From assembly GCA_040389185.1 (NCBI GenBank), contig JAZKAJ010000006.1:2914-66913 (forward strand): a DNA stretch of 64,000 nucleotides. Direction: 5' to 3'. This document shows, piece by piece, positions 28,581-38,400 of this stretch. The first letter of the stretch is position 1; every line of letters begins with the position of its first letter. The stretch comes from Patescibacteria group bacterium (lineage in GTDB: Bacteria > Patescibacteriota > Minisyncoccia > Phycocordibacterales > CAIRYW01). The position numbers and the translations under genes are program-made. The notes under the pieces were generated by a model that had not been told where the DNA came from, searched no databases, and saw only the letters and a program-made list of their open reading frames with translations.

Positions 28581-29762
28581 CTATTTATTCTTATTGGAAG
28601 ATAATTTCTTTTTTAGATACCTTGCTATCAAGAAAACAATAAGGAGATAGAGAATAATGTAAATCCAGTTAATGAGACCAAGTGACTGGCGAGTGTACTG
28701 TTCACCTGTAGGAATGATATCTAATCTTTTGTTTGATTTGAATATTCCAAAACGAGTAAGATGATCAACTGTAATAAACACTTTACCATCTTTAAATACA
28801 GCATCAGGAATGAGTGCCCAATGAATATTTCGCTCATTAGATTCATCAAGATAATATGCTCCCAAAAACTTTTCATCTTTTAGTTCTTGTGGAATATCGA
28901 TCGTAATTGTGATTGGCTTATTTAGATGATGAACTTCATTTCCATTTTGATCTTTTGCAACTATGTTAAAGATCGAACCACCTACAAGAAATGTACCGAT
29001 GCTTAATGTTGGAGTGGTTCGGTCTGATAGAGATTCTGGAGTTATAGTGATTGTGATATCACCATCGAAAGTCCCAGTAGGAATATCAACCGAAATCTTT
29101 TTACCATCTGGTGAGGTTGCAACAATTTGTTTACTCTCTCCTTGCTTGATTATTTCTGTAGTTGAATTTTTTTTCGAGTCTGTACCTGCATTGTTTATTT
29201 GAGGGGTATTAGATTTAGTATCATTTTGATTTGATTCATTACCTGAAGTATTCACATTATTGCTCAACGAACCTGACAGATTGTTTGTTAATGGTGGCGT
29301 TTGCCTATTTGAAAGAGGTCTCCAATCTGTTATCACATTACAATGATCACAATCAAAAGATACTCTTCCTACCGCACTTCCCTCTGTCCCTCCGGTACCC
29401 GTAAATTTTCCTGAACTATTTATAGTTACTCCGTCCATTGAAAGCCATCCGAGTCCCGCGACCCAGGCAGAACCTGACAAATGACCTTCCTTTGTGTTTA
29501 GAACACCTTGGTCCGAATTGGTTGGTGAAAAATTGATCCATCCAAGCACAGCACTCCAGGCATAGCCTGTAATTGCGGTATCGGAAATATGAAGTCCTGA
29601 ATATTCAGAATTTGTTTCTGGGGCAAAGTTGATCCAACCCATATTTTCGCCCCATGCATACTTTGAACCGCTTTGGATTGTCCCATTCGTTTCCGATGCA
29701 AAGACCGTCGTTATAGTGAAAGCAAGATATACAAAGAAGAGAAATGTAAATAATCTTCTCAT
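28581..29762 (-). CDS. Secreted, membrane-anchored surface protein with YAW-x3-GWINF beta repeats
   Basis: Signal peptide; repeats YAWGENMGWINF, YAWSAVLGWINF and SAWVAGLGWLSM; VDHLTRFGI module; C-terminal TM followed by KKK. Confidence 0.65.
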   Translation of the reverse strand: MRRLFTFLFFVYLAFTITTVFASETNGTIQSGSKYAWGENMGWINFAPETNSEYSGLHISDTAITGYAWSAVLGWINFSPTNSDQGVLNTKEGHLSGSAWVAGLGWLSMDGVTINSSGKFTGTGGTEGSAVGRVSFDCDHCNVITDWRPLSNRQTPPLTNNLSGSLSNNVNTSGNESNQNDTKSNTPQINNAGTDSKKNSTTEIIKQGESKQIVATSPDGKKISVDIPTGTFDGDITITITPESLSDRTTPTLSIGTFLVGGSIFNIVAKDQNGNEVHHLNKPITITIDIPQELKDEKFLGAYYLDESNERNIHWALIPDAVFKDGKVFITVDHLTRFGIFKSNKRLDIIPTGEQYTRQSLGLINWIYIILYLLIVFLIARYLKKKLSSNKNK

Positions 29763-29768
29763 TGTAAT

Positions 29769-30332
29769 TTATTTTGCCTTACTTGTCGTCGCAGTTGCTT
29801 TGGGAGTAGGCTTAGTCTGAACTTTAGTATCTGCTGATGCACCAAGCGCACTTCCAGGAGCGGAAGAAAGGGGTCCAATATTTATGATTTTATTGATTGA
29901 TGGTCGATAAAGTACCGCTCGCATAGCAGCGGGAAAGATAACAACATCATCACCATTTTGTGCATCATTAAAAAATGATTGATCTTTGAGCTTTGTAATA
30001 TCAGAAACAGTAGCGAGCACCGCATTTGGATCATTTGGTACTACAGCTAGCTCTGAAATTTGTTTGATGACCTCTGCAGTCTTTTCTTTGGCAACAGCAT
30101 TTGGATCTTTGGTTAGTTTTTTATATTGCAAAAAATAATAAACCAAGCCGAGAGCTAAGGCAATAAAGAGAAGTATAAGTAAGTTTTTCTTTGTAACGAG
30201 TTTTTTTATTTTTTGCATTTTGCTGGTTTTGTTATTTGTTAAAACAATTTCTTCGTTATCAATGTTCATCCCCCCTGTTGGCACACCCCTACTTCGAGTA
30301 CGAACTAATTTAGGTTTTTCTTTATTTTCCAT
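29769..30332 (-). CDS. Single-TM membrane protein, hypothetical
   Basis: One TM followed by ATVSDITKLKDQSFFNDAQNGD...LYRPSINKIIN. Confidence 0.6.
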   Translation of the reverse strand: MENKEKPKLVRTRSRGVPTGGMNIDNEEIVLTNNKTSKMQKIKKLVTKKNLLILLFIALALGLVYYFLQYKKLTKDPNAVAKEKTAEVIKQISELAVVPNDPNAVLATVSDITKLKDQSFFNDAQNGDDVVIFPAAMRAVLYRPSINKIINIGPLSSAPGSALGASADTKVQTKPTPKATATTSKAK

Positions 30333-30389
30333 TTAAATATTATATCTAAAGTAAAGCTATTTTCATAGTGTAAAAGTATCGCAAAAGAT

Positions 30390-32486
30390 TTATTTGCCCA
30401 TCAAATATAATTGTTTGATCTGGTCTGAAGTAAGTGCGGTTGTATAGGCACGAACATCATCAATCTCGCCGTCAAAAAAATCTCCGAAACCGCCCCACAC
30501 ATTACATCCAATACTAAATGTGTCAGGATTATCAGTGACATAATTACCGACACTTGCATTTGTTTGAGAAACATTCTGTCCATTAATATATAAAATCTGT
30601 TTTGAACCGTCCCCGACAAAAGCAACATGACTCCATTTATTAAGTGGTGCAGCATCAGCATCAAATAAAATGTTCCCACTCGATTGTGTCCAACCTGCAA
30701 TATTATTACTGCCGTCAAATCCAAATTCAATAGTATCATTCTGTCCAAAAAAACTAGTATGATCATAATTACGTGGGTAAATCCAGCCAGCAATAGTAAA
30801 TGCAGTTGGATTATTAAAGATCACGGCGCTTGTTGTAATACACTGATTACCTGTATTAAAATCAAACGCCTGTCCGATAACTCCAGGTGCGACAGAATTT
30901 TTTTGATCTGCACCAGAAAGGGTCCCGTCATTATTTTCCCCGCTTCTGTCATAAATATCAGCCTCACTACCATTTATCCAATGTGTATCCTTACCATCAA
31001 ACGACCAGAGTCCCTGAAGTCCGTCTGTTATCCGAGAATTTCGTGAATCATTTATTGTTGTATTTCCTCCTGAATGATACAGATTGTTAATCTCATTTGC
31101 TGATAATACACGATCATAGACCCTCACTTCATCAAGATCGCCGTTCCAATAATATGCACTATCAAATCCAAAACCAATACGAGCACTCCCGTTTGCATTG
31201 AGACTTAGAGTTGAACCCGTTCCTCCACCACTTAATACTCCATTAACATATAATTTTATTTCGCCACTTGTTTTTTCACGCGTCACACATCCAGATACCC
31301 ACGAACCAGTATTAACAGTTGCAGTGCTACTAAATGTATAATCTCCTATATTTGAATTACCATCGCCAAACACAAGCTTGCCATTTGAGTCTACCCCAAA
31401 CCCAAAATCATTTGTGACACCGCCCACTTCTGTATCGAGGATTGCCATGCTCTGCCAATGATTAGTACCCGATCCAACAGAAGTAGTTTTGAACCATGAA
31501 CAAATAGTAAAGTCATCAGTCGCAGGTCGTGAAATATCTATATATTGATTGGCGCCATTAAATTCAAATGCTTTACCTATCTTTCCATCCACCGAACCAG
31601 GAGAATTGGATGATGTGCCATTATTTCCTCCGCCACTCACATCATCTACAGTGCTGCCTGAAATTGTGTCTGGTTCAAAAGACCACCAGCCCGTAAGACC
31701 GTCTTTGGTAGGTGAAGTCAGAATTGTTGCAACACTATCAGTATTGCTCGAACGGAGTGCCCTCACTTGACCTGCTGAAAGCGCGCGATTATATACTCGC
31801 ACATCATCAATTGAACCTGAAAAAAATCCAGTATCAGCAGTACAACTCGCTCCTCGCGCAAGTTGTACATAAATAGAATTACCCGCTGCCGCAAAAGTAG
31901 GCTGTGCTGTTGTCGCTTTTAAAACTCCATCAACATACAGCTTAAGTCCCTCTGTGGAATTCCAAGTGGTGACCACATGATGCCAAATATTAGTTGTGGG
32001 TGTATCCTGCTCAGTCGCATATTTTGCAGATCCATCAAAAGAAATTGCAGAAAATTTTCCATCTGTGACAGCAAGAAATGGGATACACCAACCCAAGCCG
32101 TTTTCACTATTTGAGATATGAACAATATTTCCATTTGTTTCTCCGGGGTCTATCTTTGCCCAAGCAGAAATGGTATACGGAGCATCGGCAATACCTAAAC
32201 TTTCGATACTAGAATTGCTTTCGGCATATTGGTCATTTCCATCAAAGGAAAGTGCTTCACCAAACCTTCCTGGTTCAATCCATGAAGGAGGGGTTGCGCC
32301 GTAAAGAGTTCCCGAAACACTATTTCCAGAATTGTCAGCAAGTGTTGTGCCCGTTCCCTCATCAAGTTTCCAATTAAGCATTAATCCTCTATTTGCAGTT
32401 CCCAAAATTTTAACCGCACCATATGCCGAAAGACCGATAAGTAAAAGTGCGACAATAATCGGAATTGGAGTGATTTTTTTTCTCAT
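30390..32486 (-). CDS. Secreted protein with three LamG/concanavalin-like (Laminin_G_3) domains
   Basis: Three W-x-[LF]D/E...G-x-IDDVRVY-x-RALS repeats and an N-terminal TM/signal. Start set at 32486 (MRKKIT). Confidence 0.88.
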   Translation of the reverse strand: MRKKITPIPIIVALLLIGLSAYGAVKILGTANRGLMLNWKLDEGTGTTLADNSGNSVSGTLYGATPPSWIEPGRFGEALSFDGNDQYAESNSSIESLGIADAPYTISAWAKIDPGETNGNIVHISNSENGLGWCIPFLAVTDGKFSAISFDGSAKYATEQDTPTTNIWHHVVTTWNSTEGLKLYVDGVLKATTAQPTFAAAGNSIYVQLARGASCTADTGFFSGSIDDVRVYNRALSAGQVRALRSSNTDSVATILTSPTKDGLTGWWSFEPDTISGSTVDDVSGGGNNGTSSNSPGSVDGKIGKAFEFNGANQYIDISRPATDDFTICSWFKTTSVGSGTNHWQSMAILDTEVGGVTNDFGFGVDSNGKLVFGDGNSNIGDYTFSSTATVNTGSWVSGCVTREKTSGEIKLYVNGVLSGGGTGSTLSLNANGSARIGFGFDSAYYWNGDLDEVRVYDRVLSANEINNLYHSGGNTTINDSRNSRITDGLQGLWSFDGKDTHWINGSEADIYDRSGENNDGTLSGADQKNSVAPGVIGQAFDFNTGNQCITTSAVIFNNPTAFTIAGWIYPRNYDHTSFFGQNDTIEFGFDGSNNIAGWTQSSGNILFDADAAPLNKWSHVAFVGDGSKQILYINGQNVSQTNASVGNYVTDNPDTFSIGCNVWGGFGDFFDGEIDDVRAYTTALTSDQIKQLYLMGK

Positions 32487-32493
32487 TGATATT

Positions 32494-35400
32494 TTATTCT
32501 GCACTAGGCTCTGGCACTTGAGATGATGGATCAGGTGTTAATTGTTCAGGATTAGGTGCCGGATCTTCGATTGGAGTTGGATCAGGTGTTGGCGCGTTTT
32601 CAGTTGGCTCTACGACCTCAGATGTTGTAGACCCTTCGTCTAAAGAGTTTACATCTTGATTTGAAGATCCACTATCTGATTCAGATGATGAATTTTCATC
32701 TGGTATAGAAATCATGTCTGGAGTAGTCGATGCATCATTCTTTGGTACAGGTGTTACACCTGCAGAATGAACCATTTGAATGAATTCTGCTTCAGTCACA
32801 CAAGTATCTCCAACACAAAGCTTATGGGTTGTAAATTGATCCGTAAATCCTGAAAGTTTGTCAGCAATTTCTTTGACCGCTTTTACAAGAATTGCAGTTA
32901 TCTTCTCATATCGCACTCCATGAACTGTCGTTCCATCTGCTTCAAGAGTTACAAGTCTTGGATCAACCGCATTTACTTCTTCCGCAATAAATCCAAGCTG
33001 TTCACCGCTGTAATTTGGGTTTGATTGAAGTGCACCATTGAATTCTGGCTTATAGAAGAATGAAACGGGATTCAATTTCATAAGTTCAGTCAAACCAGAA
33101 TCATCGGTCAATGAATTTATATTATCCTTAAATCGAAGAGATGAAGAACTACAATCACTGTTTGATCCAACAACTAATTCTCCGCTTGAATTGATACAGA
33201 GATATGAAAGCTGACCTTCATCTGATACTGGCAAGTTTTCCATTCGAACACCTGTATTTTCAATCCCTCCTTCTCCATCATCTTCGCCATGGACTGTGAG
33301 AATTGAAAGTCCTGCGATTGATGCCGTGTATGATTCGACTGTTCCTTGTGATGCATCACCAGAAATTGGAAGGTCAACCCACGATACTGCGCCCGCATCT
33401 TCAGCAAATGTGAGAGCCCCCATAGAAAGATTATCTATACTTGTTACTCCTGTTGTACTGTTATAAAGGAATGATCCGTTACCTATTGAGACATCACCAG
33501 TATTGTAGGCAATCCCTCCATCAAAATCCGTCCATTGACTACCTGTGAAGAGCTGTCCGTGCTGATAAAGATTGCCGCCGAAGTTAATATCTCCGTTTAC
33601 ACCACCTGTAAAATCAGTCAGTGTAATATTTGCTGAATGATGAGTAGGGTGTATTTGAGGATTATTCTCATCATCAGGAAGAATATTCCATACATTACCC
33701 GAAGCGCCAGCACTGAGCTGTTCAATAATAATATTATTACCAACTCTAGTCGCGCTAAAATATCCACCATTATTAATAACATTTACAGTTGTATTAATAG
33801 TTTCAGAAAGTGTGTCCCCGATTGGTATTGGATATGCTCCTGAATTGGTGTCATTATCATCAAATTCATAAGCATGCATGCTATTTTGACTATCAAAAAG
33901 AAGGAACGCATCTCCATCTATTACTTCACCAATTGTAAGTGTTGCTGTTGCTTTAATTGCTCCAACATCAAGATTAAAAGCCGGATCGTTTGTGCCGATG
34001 CCAACATTGCCACCATTAAATAGTGCGGAATAATTTTTTGGAGCATTGAGCACTACTATACCGTTATCACCATCAGCCACAAACAAAACATCCTTGTATG
34101 CTGCGACCGCATATGAATCTCCATCAGTTGTTCCGTAACCAATAGTTATAGGATTATGAGGGTATGAAATATTTATCGCATAGACACTGTCTTCCGCACC
34201 ATCAGCAACATAAGCAATATTTCCAGAAATAGTGATTCTTGTATTGTAGCGCCAGTCACCAATAGAAGTGCTACCAACTTTAACCAAATTTTCTGGATCG
34301 GACGCATCAAATACAACAAACCCTTCTCCATCATCAGTATCACGGGTGGCATAGACATAATTTCCTTTTGTTGCAATACCGCCATCAAAATAATCTGCTT
34401 CGGAAGGGTATAATGACATTTGTTCAAAATCAGTTGGATCAGTAATATCTACTACCTCGATTTCAGTGTCTTCCTCTAGATATGCGTAGTGTCCATTATC
34501 TGAAATTGCGATTCGGTAAGCACTATCATCTGCTTGATAAGGTTCAGAGAAAAACACTGGATCACCCGAATGTCCATGACTGATAGCAGATACATTGAGA
34601 GCATAGAAATAACCGTTATTATCTGTCACGTACACTATTCCATTTTTAACTTGAATATCTTCAATTTGTGCAGGACCTTCGTCAGATACACCAAGTAGTA
34701 TTGGAGTCTGTGAGGTGTCATTCACATCAAGAACATAAACAGAATTCCCAGCCGCAACATAAGCAATATCACCCACAACACGAACGGCAGTTGGTGTTAC
34801 GTTATCTCCTTGGAAATCATAGTAGGTGAGAAGTGTCTCATCTACGGGATCGGTAATATCAAAAATATCGAGATGGTAACCATCGACAGAATAGAGTTTG
34901 TTGCCAGATACCACAAGATCCATAACCCCAGTTTGTACATCGTGATATCGAGTGATCTGTGAAAATCCAACACCTGCACTTCCACCAACAACATCGAGTC
35001 CAGCATGCGGTGTATTGGTACCTATACCTACATTGCCGTTAGTATAATCAATTCCATCTTCATTTGTATTCCACTTCGAATCACCACCGGCAATATCAAT
35101 CCATTCACCTTCATTATCAGTAGTATAGTACTGCATCGTCTTCGTATCTGTATTGAAAATAATTTGATTGTTGGTCGGAGATTCTATATTATCACGCTCC
35201 ATCGTAGTAAATGATTGCATATCACCTCCCGTACAGTTACCGAGATTTTGCATACAAACAGTATCAATGCCGCCCATTAGTGATTCAAGTGATGGCAATT
35301 GGTAGCCATAGTGCGCATCATCATCGCCAGATAGGAAAAAAGATGCGGATTCAGTATGTCCAGGATCACTCGTTGTGAATTTGATTCCTGTTGCATCTGT

Positions 35401-38400
35401 AATTTCACCCACATCAGCACCAATAGAAACAGAGACTGGTGCATTCGAAGCCATTATCGTAAGTCCAGGCGCAGTTCCCGTCTCTTCAGATCTCATGAGT
35501 GAGACATTACTGATAGATCCAGAAAAGGCACCTCCTATTGGCATGAACTCAACAGTAAACGAATCGGCAGACCCATTAAGAGTTGAAGAGAAGCTAACAT
35601 CCCCATTACCTGCTGAATAAGTATTACAGGTGTCTTCTGAAACACTTCCAATGCATGCTTCTATCTCACCCTCACCTTCACCTATGGTAAAGCTGAGTCT
35701 ATACTCTCCCGCATCGAGACCATCACCTTGAGAAAGATTTGAGCTCTCTCCCACTTCTGTATGAAAGGTCGCAACCGCACCACTTCCAGATGTTGCAGTA
35801 AGACTGTACCCTGCTCCGTCAGTGTATCCATCACCCGCTGTAAGAATGGTGTTGCCATTGAATCCTCGTATCGCACCTGAAGGAACATCCTGAGACAAAT
35901 AGCCACCACTTCCTGTACCCCCTGAAACAACTTCATTCATATCACTACCGAAACTTGCTGTATTTGAAATAATCGATATCCCAACAATTGCACCATCTCC
36001 ATCTACAGAATCAACACTCAAAGTTGCGTCTCCATTAAATCCGGATACAGTAATCGTATCCCCTTCGGTATATCCGGAACCGGCAGTCGAAACACTGAAG
36101 CTATCCGGCACCCCACTAACAGAAAGAATCTCCATTGTTGCATCTCCATTTCCACCGTCAACATGCACAATTTCATCTGGAACATATCCTGAACCACCAT
36201 CTGTCAATTCGATAAAACTAGTAATTGGGCCTGATGAATCAGTCGCCTCATCAGCCACAACATCATTGTCATCATAGGACCAGCCATCACCCAACATCCA
36301 ACCAACAGCGTTTCCATCAAATGATCCATTTGTGAGTTCTTCCACATTGACACTTTCTGAATTAGAAGTCTGCCGGATCGTCAAATTTGCATTACTCAAC
36401 TCGGTCGTGTTGATACCCACCTGACCTAAATGACCAAGTGTCATTGAAGTATGATCATCATCAGCACCAAAAACGAGATCACCGTCACTGTTTAAAAATA
36501 CCCCCATTTCTTTATCAGTTCCGGCCAAGTCATTTTGAAATGTAAGCCCCCACGGATTACTGTCAGTCGTATGAATATTCAAAAGTGATGGATACCCTCC
36601 CGCAAATTCTCCTGAACCATCACCAAAAATTTCAAGTGTAGATCCGGGAGTAGTGGTGCCAATTCCAACATTACCAGATAAAAAATTAATTCCACTTTCA
36701 TTACCGTTCCATGCTGAATCACCCGACCCGCTACCGAAATCGGTCCACTCATCACCATCACCACTATTTCTGAATTGCATTGTGCCATTGTTATTGCGAA
36801 TACCAAAACCACTCTCGCCGACAGCCGTGCCAAAATTGAAATAGCGTCTATGAAATTCATCATCAGTGCCACCAATGAGTACATCTCCTCCCGATGTTTT
36901 GAGGGCGAGCTCAGGATTTTGATCTGTACTCAAGGTAAGTGTATGAATCCCCCCATCACCTGCCGCAAGTATGATTGTACTTCCCGAAAGTGCTACTGCA
37001 TCTGAATCACTTTCACTGTTGTAATTGGCAAGTTGCGTTATATTTGCCGGATCGCTCACATCAAAAATGTAGAGACTATCTGGAGCTCCATCAGCAACAT
37101 ACGCATAATTATTTTTAATCACAACAGATCCGTTATAGCGATAAGATCCAATATTCGCATATCCTGCAAGAGTAATGTTTCCATGATTAATACTATATAC
37201 AACAAAACTTTGCGTTGCATCATTCACATCATTTGTCGTATAGAGATAGCTACCAGAAATTGCAGGGCGCCCTGTCAGATTACCGTCGAGCGCAAAATCT
37301 GTAATGAAAGTTACGCTGTGGTTGGAGCCGATAGCGTATGAAAAAATATCTGACCCTGATGTTACATATGCATAACCGTCATCAGAGAGTGCAATACCTT
37401 GCGCAGATGCTTCGCTTTGACTCAGATCAACGACTGTAACCGGGGCATCAATTGTAGAAATATCGATATCAACAAATCCTTCATTGGTTGCCGCATATAG
37501 ATCATTTCCCTTTACAGCAATATCATTCACATTAAAATTACCGTGCCATACAGCAAGAGAAATAGGGTCCGATGCGTCCTCGAGGCTAAATATTTCGATA
37601 TCAGTTCCCTCAGCAGCAAACAGGTAATCCCCATTACTCGATATTGAAAGACGGCTCGCTCCATCACTCGTAGGAGCGACGGAGCTTACAGCGGTCAAAT
37701 TGCTCGGGTCACCAATACTTGTGATATCTATAGAATTTCCACCATTGCCGATTGAATACGCATAATTACCAAGCATGACAACATCCTTTGTATCACCAAG
37801 ATCAGACTTAGTACCTAAAAGCTCAAGCGCGAGCGCTCCTCCAGTACTCGCATTGACGGAAAGTTTTGCATCATTTGAAGTGCTACCTATACCCACAAGA
37901 CCTTGTGGTAAAAAGTTTATTCCCGATCCGACATCTGTCCATTGTGATGAAGTAATACCCTCGGTACAATTGCCGAGATATTTCATACAAAATGTATCGT
38001 TGCCGTCATCCACTGTTAAAAGAGAGGGTAAGACATACTCATATCGAGAATTATTATCATCTGGAAGATAGAGTGATGCTGCGTGAGAATTTCCACTACT
38101 ATCGATTGTTTTTATTAAAAAACCATGCTGACCTTCTTCACTGTTACCTTCTTCATTATCTATCCCCAAAGAAAGAGATGTACGATCGTTTGGAGCAAGG
38201 AATGTTAACCCTTGGACTTCTCGACTCATAACCGAAACATTATCAATTGTTCCATCAAAATCATTTGATGGACTAAAACTTATTTTTTGATTATCGTTTT
38301 TATGCCATTGACCACTGAAAGATACATCACCTTCCCCAGCATCAATTGTTTCGCAATGCCCGCCACCGAGACACACAAAAACACTCCCGTTTGAACCAGT

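Noticed and set aside
32494-33200. Prophage suggested by the tail-fibre S74 chaperone domain
   Set aside because: The protein has a signal peptide, and no capsid, terminase, portal or integrase genes are in the window.
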